A stretch of 64,000 nucleotides of DNA from Betaproteobacteria bacterium UBA5216 (GTDB taxonomy: Bacteria > Pseudomonadota > Gammaproteobacteria > Burkholderiales > SG8-41), in contig DHVE01000129.1 of NCBI GenBank assembly GCA_002412495.1, positions 45,050 through 109,049 on the forward strand. The letters run 5' to 3'. This document shows, one piece after another, positions 47,516-56,864 of this stretch; the stretch's first letter is position 1; every line of letters starts with the position of its first letter. The notes beneath the pieces are model-generated. The model was given only the letters and a program-made list of their open reading frames with translations. It did no database searches and had not been told where the DNA came from. Both the position numbers and the translations under genes were made by a program.

Positions 47516-48106
47516 TCAATGGTCGGTGAATCTTCGCCGCACTTTCTGCGGCGGCAGCACCATGATGCGCCGGTACAGGTGGGTAAATTCCGTGCGATGA
47601 TTCGAGCCGAACAGTGGGTCGTCGTTGGCCGCGAATGCCTCTGCGATATGCACCCAATCGGGCTCGGTCAATACCTCGTTCGCGCGACGCAACACATCAT
47701 CTTCCACAATGAAGTGCGCGAGCATGTCGGCCGCGTGGTTATCCACGCTTTCCTGAAAATGCCGCAGCCCGTCCGGCGCGCCGGCCTGGTACAGCACCAG
47801 CTTTCGATTCAACTCACCCAGCACCCCGGCGCTGCGCGCGTGTTCGGCCTGCAAGCGTTCGAGTACGGGATCCAGCTCCGCCGTGCGCATGCGCAAGCAC
47901 TTGAACAAATACTCTTCTTCCTTGGGGTGATGGCAGCGCTCCGGGAAATCATTCATGTAGTACAACGCGGCGGAGAGCAGCCCGAAGTCGGCAGCAGCCT
48001 GTCCTGCCGCAACGCTCGTCAAAAGCTCACGCAACGTTTGCAAAACCGTCCCCAGCGAGCGATGCTCCATTTTGATGGTCGCTATCGCTACGTCGCTAGC
48101 ACTCAT
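47516..48106 (-). CDS. Hemerythrin-like (HHE cation-binding) domain protein
   Basis: IKMEHRSL...ERCHHPKEEEYLF...LQAEH... H/E metal-ligand spacing typical of NorA/DnrN-type hemerythrin-like proteins. Confidence 0.7.
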   Translation of the reverse strand: MSASDVAIATIKMEHRSLGTVLQTLRELLTSVAAGQAAADFGLLSAALYYMNDFPERCHHPKEEEYLFKCLRMRTAELDPVLERLQAEHARSAGVLGELNRKLVLYQAGAPDGLRHFQESVDNHAADMLAHFIVEDDVLRRANEVLTEPDWVHIAEAFAANDDPLFGSNHRTEFTHLYRRIMVLPPQKVRRRFTDH

Positions 48107-48184
48107 AAATCTGTCCCCTGCGGCCGATTGTTTATTGGATACGGCGTCCGGGACGAAATATCAATCAGCGCGCGGACTGCGACC

Positions 48185-48198
48185 TTGATCTAAATCAA
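48185..48198. promoter_or_regulatory. FNR box TTGATCTAAATCAA (perfect half-sites)
   Basis: Predicts a TSS near 48150 and a 44-nt leader to the hemerythrin ATG 48106. Confidence 0.7.
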
Positions 48199-48304
48199 CC
48201 CGGAGCGTGGTTATAAAAAAGCAATAAAAACATATACTTAAATTACATCGCTCAATGAAAGGCTGCGACTCCGGCGCCCCTGCTTGCCGTTCACGGGCAA
48301 ATCC

Positions 48305-48318
48305 TTGATCTGGCGCAA
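48305..48318. promoter_or_regulatory. Degenerate FNR-like box TTGATCTGGCGCAA
   Basis: Perfect left half-site and a 3/5 right half-site. It predicts a TSS near 48353 and a 37-nt leader to ATG 48390. Confidence 0.45.
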
Positions 48319-48389
48319 GGATCGGCGCGGATGCCGGTGCTGTGATAGCCGTGCGATTATGCGGTTATCCATTTTGACAATAAGAGACC

Positions 48390-49217
48390 ATGGCTGAGCT
48401 ATTCGGATCCGATGCATTTTCACCCAAGGAGATCGCCGAACGCGTGGAAAACGTCGGCGTCGTCAAGGCGCGCCTGCCGCTTTCGCAGATGTTCATGCTC
48501 GGCATGTTGGCGGGCGGCTTCATCGCCTTGGGAGCGATCTATTTCGTACTGGTGGTCAGCGACGCCACGCTCGGATTCGCCGTCAGCCGCGTACTCGGCG
48601 GCGTATGCTTTTCACTCGGCCTGCTGCTGGTGGTGGTCGCCGGCGCGGAGTTGTTCACCGGCAACAACCTGCTGGTAATGGCGTGGGCCGACGGCAAGCT
48701 CTCGACACGGGAAGTTCTCCGTAACTGGGCCATCGTATGCGCCGCCAATTTTGCGGGTGCGGTAACCGTTGCCGCGCTGGTATTTATGTCCGGGCACACC
48801 GAAATGAACGGCGGCGCCATCGGCAAGACCTATCTCAATATCGCCCTGGTAAAAAGCACGATGCCGTTCTGGACGGCATTTTTTCGCGGCGTGATGTGCA
48901 ATCTGCTGGTGTGCATGGCGGTGTGGATGGCCTTCGCGGGCCGCAGCGTGATCGACAAGTTCATCGCGATAGTTTTCCCCATCTCGGCGTTCGTCGCGGC
49001 GGGATTCGAGCATTCCATCGCCAACATGTTCATCATCCCGCTGGCGATGATGCTCAAGGCGTCCGGCCCACCGCTGCCCGCCGCCTACGACGCCATCAAT
49101 GCCATGGGCCTGATCGGCAACCTCGTGCCGGTCATCGCCGGCAATATCATCGGCGGCAGTGTGCTGGTGGCGCTGGTGTATCACCTTATTTACCGGCGGC
49201 CGGCGACGAAATCGTAG
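48390..49217 (+). CDS. Formate/nitrite transporter family channel (FocA/NirC-like)
   Basis: LPLSQMFMLGMLAGGFIALG...GAELFTGNNL...FPISAFVAAGFEHSIANMF are FNT signatures. Confidence 0.9.
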   Translation: MAELFGSDAFSPKEIAERVENVGVVKARLPLSQMFMLGMLAGGFIALGAIYFVLVVSDATLGFAVSRVLGGVCFSLGLLLVVVAGAELFTGNNLLVMAWADGKLSTREVLRNWAIVCAANFAGAVTVAALVFMSGHTEMNGGAIGKTYLNIALVKSTMPFWTAFFRGVMCNLLVCMAVWMAFAGRSVIDKFIAIVFPISAFVAAGFEHSIANMFIIPLAMMLKASGPPLPAAYDAINAMGLIGNLVPVIAGNIIGGSVLVALVYHLIYRRPATKS

Positions 49218-49303
49218 TGAACGGCTACGGGGTCGAATACAATTCAGATGGCAGGCTGGCGCCGAACCGGCGAAGCACAATCTGCCCGGTTGCACCCGTT
49301 CAC
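49217..49303 (+). other. Nested inverted repeats (candidate structured RNA) between the FNT gene and nrdJ
   Basis: GTGAACGG (49217-24) pairs with CCGTTCAC (49296-303). GGCAG (49250-54) pairs with CTGCC (49282-86). CGCCG-aac-CGGCG lies at 49260-72. No U-tract follows. Confidence 0.35.
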
Positions 49304-49317
49304 CAAGGCAATACACC

Positions 49318-52194
49318 ATGAATCTCGAAGGCCCCGAATTATTTTTTCTCGAACAACCGGTCAGCACCGATGTGCTGCTGGAGAAATACGCCAAGGGTGA
49401 CGAACGCACGGTGGAAGATGTGCGCCGCCGCGTGGCGCGCGCGCTGGCCGCCGTGGAGAAAGATGCCGCGCGCTGGGAAGTTGAATTCTTCACAGCGCTA
49501 AGCAATGGCTTCATTCCCGGCGGGCGCGTCAATTCCGCCGCGGGTACTGACCTGCAGGCAACGCTGATCAATTGTTTTGTGCAACCGGTGGGCGATTCGG
49601 TGTCGCAAACAGTGGATGGCAAGCCGGGCATATACGTTGCACTGATGGAAGCCGCGGAAACCATGCGCCGCGGCGGCGGCGTGGGATATGACTTTTCGTC
49701 GATCCGCCCGAAGGGCGCCTATGTGCGCGGCACGCATTCTTCGGCCAGCGGCCCGGTGTCATACATGCGGGTGTTCGACCGCAGTTGCGAAACGGTCGAA
49801 TCCGCCGGCTCGCGGCGCGGTGCGCAGATGGGCATATTGCGTTGCGATCATCCGGACATCGAGGACTTCATCCACGCCAAGGACGAAGGCGACCTGCGCA
49901 ACTTTAACGTGAGCGTCGCGGTCACCGACGCCTTCATGCACGCGATGGAAACCGGCGGCGATTGGGAACTCGTGCATCGCGCCGCCCCCGGCGAGGCGTT
50001 CGTCAAAAATGCCCGCCAGCGCGCCGACGGCCTGTGGGTCTACCGCACGCTGCCCGCAAGTGAGTTGTGGCGGCAGATCATGCAAAGCACCTACGATCAC
50101 GCCGAGCCGGGGGTGGTGTTTATCGACCGCATCGCGGCGGATAACAATCTGTCGTATTGCGAACAGATTGAGTCGACCAATCCTTGCGCGGAACAGCCAC
50201 TCCCCCCTTACGGCTGCTGTTGCCTTGGCAGCATCAATCTCACCTGTTTTGTCAGCGATCCGTTCACGCCGCACGCGCGCTTTGATTTTGACGCCTTTGC
50301 GCGCGTGGTGCGCCCGTCGATACGCATGCTCGACAACGTGCTGGATGTGACGGTGTGGCCGCTGCCCCAGCAGCAGGCGGAGGCGCGCGCCAAGCGCCGC
50401 GTGGGCCTGGGATTCACCGGGCTGGGCGACACGCTGGTCATGCTCAACCTCAAGTACGACACCGATGACGCGCGTGCCATGGGTGCGCGCATCGCCGAGC
50501 GCATGCGTGATGAAGCCTACGCTGCTTCAGTGGATATCGCCAAGGACAAAGGCGCGTTTCCGCTGTTCGATGCGCGCGAGTACCTCGCGGCGCCGCGTTT
50601 TGCTTCGCGTCTGCCGGCACGTTTGCAATCGGAGATAACCCGCCACGGCCTGCGCAACAGCCACCTGTTGTCGATCGCGCCCACCGGCACCATTTCGCTT
50701 GCGTTTGCCGACAACGCCTCGAACGGCATCGAGCCGGCGTTTGCCTGGGTGTATCAGCGCAAGAAGCGCATGCCCGACGACACGCACAAAACCTACGATG
50801 TCGAAGATCACGCGTGGCGGCTCTTTCGCCATCAGGGCGGCGACGCGGAAAAACTGCCGCCGGCGTTTGTAACGGCGCTGTCGATTTCCGCGCTTGACCA
50901 CATGCGCATGGTAGCGGCGGTGGCGCCGTTCGTTGATTCGGCGATCAGCAAAACGGTCAACGTGCCGGAGGATTATCCGTACGCGCAATTCGCGGACCTG
51001 TATTTCGAGGCCTGGAAATCGGGGTTAAAGGGCATCACCACCTACCGCCCCAACGCCGTGCTGGGCAGCGTGCTGTCGGTCGCTGTCGCCAATAAGGCCG
51101 CGCAACCCAACGACCTGGATACCACCGACGCCGATCGCCGCATTCAGCTCGACGCGGCGCCCCAACCCGCTCTGGCGAGCCTGCGCTGGCCGGGACGGCC
51201 CACGCTGCCCACCGGCAATCCGTCATGGACCTACATGGTCGAATCGCCGTACGGGCGCTACGCGATTTTTGTCGGGCACGTTGAAAACGCAGGCAGCCCA
51301 CCGACGCCGTTTGAAGTGTGGATCAACGGCAACGAGCAGCCGCGCGGCATCGGCGCGGTAGCCAAAACCTTGTCGATGGACATGCGCGCGCAAGACGCCA
51401 AGTGGCTGCGCGTCAAGCTCGATATGCTGGCGCGCGCGGGCGGCGAACCGTTCGAGTGCGCCATGCCGCCCTCGGGTCTGCCCGTACGCGTGCCGGGCAT
51501 GGTGGCGGCCTTCGCGCGCATCGTGCGTTATCGCATCGATCAACTGGGCGCACTGGCACAATCGGGCGATGCCGATGCAAATACCGAACCTGGCGCCAGG
51601 TCACCGATACTCGACGCGCTGTTCGCCAAAAAAGAACCCAAGACCGGCCCCGACGGCACAATGTCGTGGACGGCCGATGTCTACAACCCGAGTTCGGAAG
51701 ACGACTTTGTGCTGATGCTGAAGGAACTCGTGCTGTCCAATGGCCAGCGGCGCCCCTACTCGGTGTGGATGGCTGGCGTGTATCCGCGCGCGCTCGATGG
51801 CCTGTGCAAGCTGTTGTCGCTGGATATGCGCGTGATTGATCCGGCGTGGATCGGCATGAAACTGCGCAAGTTACTCACCTACGACGAGCCGCTGGGGGAT
51901 TTCATGGCGCGCGTGCCGGGCGAAGAACGCCAGGAAAATTATCCCGGCACGGTGGCCTATGTCGCGCGGCTCATCATTCACCGCTACGCCATGCTCGGCG
52001 TGCTCGACGAGCGCGGATATCCGCTCGACGACATGGGCGTGCTCGAAATCCCCGACGACGACCGCAAACCCGCTGCCTACGCCTACAAAGCTTTGCACGG
52101 TAAACCGTGCAAGGAATGCGGCAACTCCGCGATCATTAAAAAAGACGGCTGCGAGTTTTGCACGGCGTGCGGGGCTATTGGGGCATGTGGCTAG
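49318..52194 (+). CDS. nrdJ: Adenosylcobalamin-dependent ribonucleotide reductase, class II (NrdJ)
   Basis: 958 aa. GGGVGYDFSSIRP, active-site STNPCAEQPL...LGSINL, and a C-terminal Cys cluster CKECG...CEFCTACG. Start trimmed to ATG 49318 from the track ORF at 49159. Confidence 0.9.
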   Translation: MNLEGPELFFLEQPVSTDVLLEKYAKGDERTVEDVRRRVARALAAVEKDAARWEVEFFTALSNGFIPGGRVNSAAGTDLQATLINCFVQPVGDSVSQTVDGKPGIYVALMEAAETMRRGGGVGYDFSSIRPKGAYVRGTHSSASGPVSYMRVFDRSCETVESAGSRRGAQMGILRCDHPDIEDFIHAKDEGDLRNFNVSVAVTDAFMHAMETGGDWELVHRAAPGEAFVKNARQRADGLWVYRTLPASELWRQIMQSTYDHAEPGVVFIDRIAADNNLSYCEQIESTNPCAEQPLPPYGCCCLGSINLTCFVSDPFTPHARFDFDAFARVVRPSIRMLDNVLDVTVWPLPQQQAEARAKRRVGLGFTGLGDTLVMLNLKYDTDDARAMGARIAERMRDEAYAASVDIAKDKGAFPLFDAREYLAAPRFASRLPARLQSEITRHGLRNSHLLSIAPTGTISLAFADNASNGIEPAFAWVYQRKKRMPDDTHKTYDVEDHAWRLFRHQGGDAEKLPPAFVTALSISALDHMRMVAAVAPFVDSAISKTVNVPEDYPYAQFADLYFEAWKSGLKGITTYRPNAVLGSVLSVAVANKAAQPNDLDTTDADRRIQLDAAPQPALASLRWPGRPTLPTGNPSWTYMVESPYGRYAIFVGHVENAGSPPTPFEVWINGNEQPRGIGAVAKTLSMDMRAQDAKWLRVKLDMLARAGGEPFECAMPPSGLPVRVPGMVAAFARIVRYRIDQLGALAQSGDADANTEPGARSPILDALFAKKEPKTGPDGTMSWTADVYNPSSEDDFVLMLKELVLSNGQRRPYSVWMAGVYPRALDGLCKLLSLDMRVIDPAWIGMKLRKLLTYDEPLGDFMARVPGEERQENYPGTVAYVARLIIHRYAMLGVLDERGYPLDDMGVLEIPDDDRKPAAYAYKALHGKPCKECGNSAIIKKDGCEFCTACGAIGACG

Positions 52195-52642
52195 AGAGGG
52201 AAAATATCCTTTTAAAACACTTGGTTATATTTATCCGTGAAGATAGGTATTTGAGGTGACAGGCAGTGCGCGAAATGATCGGATCTTGGGCTTATATGTC
52301 GACACTTGATTTCCTCGGCAAAGGCTCTCGATGATTGACAACCATCGGCCAACTCCAAGACTGCGAAGGTGGTTTCCGACATTGGCTGCTTATCGGCCAG
52401 AGCCATCTTTGGCTCCGTGCAGCATCAACGGCAGGTTTAGGTCTGGCACCAGCCATTGCCCAAAAGAATGGGGGCGAATGGCGGCTGTCTGTTGCGACGA
52501 ATGCGTGCTCCTGCCCCGTTGCGGACCGTGGCGCAGCTGTCAAAGCGGACGCTCAACGCCTCAGTTCTGCCGCCCCTTATAGGCGGGCTAAGGACCGTCC
52601 AATCGGGTCGGCTGCAACTGATGTTAATCAGTGTGCGGATAA

Positions 52643-53506
52643 TCACTTCGTGGCCGCACCGACAAGGCATTCGCCCGGCACCTCGAACCCACCATGCGAT
52701 TCGAAACTGCGCATTGCGCCTTCCACTTCGTTCCACGCGGACTTGCGTTCTTGTGGGAGCAAGTGAGCCATCATGGCATTGAATCCACCGAAGGCCTCTT
52801 CGGCGACCCGCACGTACTCTGCAGCACTAGCCGCTCTATGTGGCACCGGCACAGCGCGAACCTCGGGGCCGGCAAATCCCGCTTGACGGAAGACGTTTTC
52901 GAGTAGCCCGGGACCGCCAAGGCTGAACGGTCCGGGTTGCCCTGGAACGGGAGGCGAAAGTTGCGCTCGCCGGCGGATGATGGAAGCGGGCAGAGCCCCC
53001 CAACTGTTTCGATCGGGCGACGAAAAGACAGCGACGGCGACCCGACCTCCAGGTCTGAGAACACGGCGCCACTCGCGTAGCGCTGCCACAGGATCAGGCA
53101 TATACATAAGACCAAGCCTACACAGCACCACATCAAAGGAAGCGTCAGGAAGATCAACTCTCTCGCCGTCCATGACGCGGGTCTCGATTTGTTTATATCC
53201 CCGTTCACGGGCGACCTGGAGCGCAAGCTCAATGATCCCTTCTGAGATGTCGGTCGCGAGTACATAACCGCTAGGGCCAACTCGTTCGGCGGCACTGACC
53301 GCCGGTTCACCTGCCCCGGCGGCAACGTCCAGGATGCGCTGACCTGGCTGAGTCCGGGCTAGGTCGAGCATCTGGCGAGTGGCTACGCCATACCAACGCT
53401 CCAGAGTGGGAGTCCAGCGCCGCCACGCTGCGCCGTCCTTGTTCCATTGTTCCCGCTGCGCGTTCTTGTACTTCGCTGCGTCGAATGAGGGTTGCTGTTC
53501 GGCCAT
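52643..53506 (-). CDS. Class I SAM-dependent methyltransferase
   Basis: ILDVAAGAGEPA (motif I) ...FDVVLCRLGLMYMPD...LRPGGRVAVAVF. Confidence 0.8.
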   Translation of the reverse strand: MAEQQPSFDAAKYKNAQREQWNKDGAAWRRWTPTLERWYGVATRQMLDLARTQPGQRILDVAAGAGEPAVSAAERVGPSGYVLATDISEGIIELALQVARERGYKQIETRVMDGERVDLPDASFDVVLCRLGLMYMPDPVAALREWRRVLRPGGRVAVAVFSSPDRNSWGALPASIIRRRAQLSPPVPGQPGPFSLGGPGLLENVFRQAGFAGPEVRAVPVPHRAASAAEYVRVAEEAFGGFNAMMAHLLPQERKSAWNEVEGAMRSFESHGGFEVPGECLVGAATK

Positions 53507-53700
53507 AGGAAGTACTCCTCTCGGTTAGACATTGATGCTGCGGTTACACGCTTACGAAACGTACGGATTGGAACCACTTTCGCGTTTCAAGTTCACACCG
53601 CACAAGCCGAGTGTAAGTTACTTGGCATGTCTGCCAACTTAAGCATATTTGTCCTATTGAGGCCGGCATGAGCTATTCCCTGCTCACTCTGTAAGCCGAA

Positions 53701-53923
53701 ATTGAAAATACAGGGGTTTTTGCCAATGGCCGGTTACTAATTTACCCGGAGATTCACTCTCCCAGCCAATAGCGGTGGTTTCGAGTTACGTTTCGATTGG
53801 CACACAATTCTTGTTCAAACAACTTGTTGTGCATCATCTGGTAATCGCATAGCATCGCCTTCGGCAAGACTGCTGGCGAGTGCATAGCTCGCCTAACCTA
53901 TCTCCGTTCCTTTGGCGTAGCCC
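53701..53923 (+). repeat. Copy 1 of a repeated intergenic leader element (upstream of the DUF1330 gene)
   Basis: Core 53761-53923 aligns at roughly 70% (by eye) with 54529-54680. It includes GTTTCGA-GTTAC-GTTTCGA direct repeats and the hairpin GGCGAG-tgcatag-CTCGCC (53875-53893). Confidence 0.6.
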
Positions 53924-53972
53924 GGTGCGCTTTTTATGCGATGGGCAATCACAACCAGCTATAAGGGATATC

Positions 53973-54359
53973 ATGAAAATTAGTTACAAAGCATTATTGA
54001 CTCTGCTCGTGGGCATTTCACTTGGTGGGGCGGTCATTCAGGGGCTTAATGCCCAGGGCAAACCCACAGTACCGGTCTATATTGTCAACGAAGTAGAGGT
54101 AATCGATCAGGCTGGGTTTAAGACCTACGCAGACCGCCAAGAGGTATTGATCAAGAAAAACGGTGGACGATACATCATCCGGGGCGGAAAAGTCACGGCA
54201 CTTGATGGTACGCCCCCCAAGCGGTTCACTGTGTATGTTTTTGACAGCATGGAAAAGATGCAGAGTTGGCAAAATGACCCTGCGCAAAAGGAACTGATGG
54301 CGATGCGTAGCAAGGCTGCCAAGTTCCACTCGTTCGCAGTCGAAGGTATTCCAAACTAG
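53973..54359 (+). CDS. DUF1330-domain protein with N-terminal signal peptide
   Basis: MKISYKALLTLLVGISLGGAVIQGLNA, then YIVNEVEVIDQAGFKTYA...GGRYIIRGGKV...VYVFDSMEKMQSWQNDP. ATG 53973 was chosen. Confidence 0.7.
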   Translation: MKISYKALLTLLVGISLGGAVIQGLNAQGKPTVPVYIVNEVEVIDQAGFKTYADRQEVLIKKNGGRYIIRGGKVTALDGTPPKRFTVYVFDSMEKMQSWQNDPAQKELMAMRSKAAKFHSFAVEGIPN

Positions 54360-54434
54360 CACGCATCAATTATCTGATCTCAGGGCGCCATCAGTTGGTG
54401 CCCTCGTTTTTCTTATGCTGGCTCAGTGGTGTTT

Positions 54435-54680
54435 TGAAAATTGCCCGAGATGGTGGTGCCGTGCGACCAATCAACTGCGAAAATGCGCCAGAAATCGGCC
54501 AGCGGCCTTCACTGGGCGTATTTCGCTACCCTGCCGATAGCGGCGGTTTCCGGTTACGTTTCGATTTGCACAAAATCCGCGCTCAATATATCCGTTGTAG
54601 TGCATCAGTTAATCGCATGGGATCAAGCTTGGAAAGACTGAAGGTGCTTGCCTAGCACTCCGTTACTTTGGCGTATCGCC
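54435..54680 (+). repeat. Copy 2 of the repeated intergenic leader element (upstream of the cytochrome c gene)
   Basis: Aligns with copy 1. The hairpin GGTGCT-tgcct-AGCACT (54643-54659) carries compensatory changes relative to copy 1. Confidence 0.6.
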
Positions 54681-54710
54681 AATACTCCATAAACCGAGGG
54701 GGGATTATTC

Positions 54711-55706
54711 GTGAAAAGAATCAAAAACACTTTGCTTCATGGACTGGGTATATTGGCCATCACCATCAGCAGCAGCTACGCCCAAAGCGGCGGCTCACTC
54801 CCCGCAGGGGCTGCCGACGGACTTCCCAATTGGGCCTTTATATGGGATCCGAACGTCAAGGTGCCACCGCCAGACGACAAGCCCAATTCGCTCCCCGGCA
54901 GCAGCGCGAGTTACAGTTGGAGGCAGGCGCGCGATTTGTTCGTGGCGCCGGACTGGCATCCAAGCGATCATGGACCAATGCCGGATATTGTCGCCAACGG
55001 ACGCAAGCCGGATGTACGCGCCTGCGGCTCTTGCCATCGCGCTGAGGGTACTGGCGGGCCCGAAAATGCAAATCTCGCTGGACTGCCCATCAGCTATTTC
55101 GTTCAGCAAATCGCCGATTTCAAAAGTGGCGCGAGAAAGATGTCGGGCCCTGACAGGCCAGCCAAAACATTGATGATGGGATCAGTCAAAGCCATGACCG
55201 ATGCCGAGGCTCTCGTCGCTGCGCAATATTTTTCGGCACTGCAGCCCAGGCGCAATGTCAAGGTCGTCGAAGCCGAGATGATTCCAAAGACCGGCGAAGC
55301 GCGGCTGTTTTTCACCAAGAGTCCGGGCGGTGGTACCGAGCCTCTCGGTCGCCGCATTGTCGAGTTTCCGGATAACGAAGATCAATTCGAACTTCGCGAC
55401 ACGCATTCGACTTTTACGGCTTATGTGCCGGTCGGAAGCGTGGCCAAGGGAGAAGCACTGGCCAAGACCGGCGGCGCCGGAACCACCCTAGCCTGTAGCA
55501 TCTGTCACGGACCGGCATTGAAGGGTGTCGGCCCGATTCCCCGGATCGCTGGACGCTCGCCGACCTACATCGTGCGCCAGCTCTATGAGTTCAAGACGGG
55601 CGGTCGATCGGCGGGCGCCAGCGCGCTGATGAAGCAAGCTGTCGATAAACTTTCGCCGGAAGACATTATCGCGCTCGCGGCGTATATCGGCTCTCTGGAG
55701 CCGTAG
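54711..55706 (+). CDS. Periplasmic di-heme c-type cytochrome
   Basis: Signal peptide and two CXXCH motifs (CGSCH, CSICH). GTG 54711 is preceded by GAGGGGGG. Confidence 0.8.
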   Translation: MKRIKNTLLHGLGILAITISSSYAQSGGSLPAGAADGLPNWAFIWDPNVKVPPPDDKPNSLPGSSASYSWRQARDLFVAPDWHPSDHGPMPDIVANGRKPDVRACGSCHRAEGTGGPENANLAGLPISYFVQQIADFKSGARKMSGPDRPAKTLMMGSVKAMTDAEALVAAQYFSALQPRRNVKVVEAEMIPKTGEARLFFTKSPGGGTEPLGRRIVEFPDNEDQFELRDTHSTFTAYVPVGSVAKGEALAKTGGAGTTLACSICHGPALKGVGPIPRIAGRSPTYIVRQLYEFKTGGRSAGASALMKQAVDKLSPEDIIALAAYIGSLEP

Positions 55707-55751
55707 ACGTCCCGACGGGCCGCGCCCGGTCGGTTCAAATATAAAGCCGCT

Positions 55752-55815
55752 GTGTGACCAATCAACGGCGGCCTTAGCTCGCGATCGAATTTGCGAGGCA
55801 ACATGTGCACGAATG
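55752..55815 (+). repeat. Partial copy 3 of the repeated element (downstream of the cytochrome c gene)
   Basis: GTGTGACCAATCAACGGCG matches 54461-54479 (GTGCGACCAATCAACTGCG). CGATCGAATTTGCGA resembles the ...TTTCGATTTGCACA segment. Confidence 0.4.
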
Positions 55816-56096
55816 GTGGCTATGGAGAAACTTAAATGGCCAGAGTGGCTCGGTAGAACGGTTTCCTCGTTCTAGACAGCGGCCATTCAATCTTACTTTG
55901 GGCAATAGCTGGTAACTGATGGACACCGGTCGCCCATGTTACGCGGAGCCAACTGCAGAAATGGCCGAGCACCAAACGCCGCCGATGGTTACAGCGGATG
56001 CTTTTTAAGACTCAATTTCGACCAGTCGAATTTCTGGATGGCCATCGGTCACGCATCCCGAACTCCGATACTGACCGTCAGATTCAGCGCACTCCC

Positions 56097-56849
56097 TCAG
56101 CGCGCAGTGCCGCTCAACCCGGGAATTGCCAAACACAGCAAGCCCGAATGCAGCGTCGCAGCGGCAGGCCGCGTGGCTTGGATCAGGCTGAACGCACCGG
56201 CCACCGTAAGCACCACGATCGCCGCGATGCGCGCGGCGGGTGCAATGACGGCGCCGCGGGCGCGGTGACAAAAAGCGGCGATCAACAACACGTTCGGCAA
56301 GGTGCCCAATCCGAACGCCAGCATCACCAGCGTGCCCTCGATGGCGCTAACCGTGGCGAGCGCGGTGAGGAGCATCGCGTAGACCATGGCGCAAGGCAGC
56401 CAGCCCCATGCCAACCCAAGACCAAAGGCACGAGCGGCGTTGTCGGCCGGCAAAAACCGCCGCGACCAAGGCTGAACGTGCCGCCACAACACGCCGCCCG
56501 CCGCGGCCAAGCCACGTTCAACCGGCTTGAAGCCCGAAATCGTCAATGCAAACAATAACAGCGCGATGCCCGCCAACGCCATCGCCATCTGTTGCACTGC
56601 CACGCCACCGCGCAACGCCAGACCGGCTTCGCCGAGTGCGCCCGCCAGCGCACCGCCAGCCGCGTAGGTGGTGATGCGCCCGGCGTTATAACCCAGCGCC
56701 AGCCACCAGCGCTGCGACTTTCCTTGCGTCGGCCCACGCGGCCCGCAGGCCGCACCGATGATGCCGCCGCACATGGCCGCGCAATGCACGCCGTTGAGCA
56801 AGCCCGCGAGAAACGCGGCCAGCAGGATGGTTTCGAGCCAGCCAATCAT
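56097..56849 (-). CDS. TauE/SafE-like (DsbD_2-type) membrane protein of the cco accessory cluster
   Basis: LLNGVHCAAMCGGI...GLAWGWLPCAMVY. This is the usual companion downstream of ccoGH in beta/gamma-proteobacteria. Confidence 0.7.
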   Translation of the reverse strand: MIGWLETILLAAFLAGLLNGVHCAAMCGGIIGAACGPRGPTQGKSQRWWLALGYNAGRITTYAAGGALAGALGEAGLALRGGVAVQQMAMALAGIALLLFALTISGFKPVERGLAAAGGVLWRHVQPWSRRFLPADNAARAFGLGLAWGWLPCAMVYAMLLTALATVSAIEGTLVMLAFGLGTLPNVLLIAAFCHRARGAVIAPAARIAAIVVLTVAGAFSLIQATRPAAATLHSGLLCLAIPGLSGTAR

Positions 56850-56864
56850 AATAGGCAGGCCCCA

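Noticed and set aside
49218-49317. Cobalamin riboswitch or NrdR box upstream of nrdJ
   Set aside because: The spacer is only 100 nt and lacks a B12-box-like GCCACTG core and the paired AT-rich NrdR boxes. It is kept only as an unexplained nested hairpin.
52350-52480. Possible fourth copy of the islet repeat (short matches GGTGGTTTCC, ATCGGCCAG, ATCAACGGC, ATTGCCC)
   Set aside because: The matches are 7-10 nt each and occur in reversed order but the same orientation relative to copy 2. That fits neither a direct nor an inverted copy and is within chance expectation for regions of this size.
53795-53815. Sigma-54 promoter suggested by TGGCAC in repeat copy 1
   Set aside because: The downstream element is not TTGC at the required spacing. 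The second repeat copy has TTTGCAC, losing the GG dinucleotide, so the feature is not conserved.
52195-56096. Integron gene-cassette array (repeats as attC sites)
   Set aside because: No intI gene or attI is nearby. The repeats lack the RYYYAAC/GTTRRRY core pairs and the internal imperfect palindrome of attC. They sit 5-prime of the ORFs with RBS and start codon following, and one gene is on the opposite strand.
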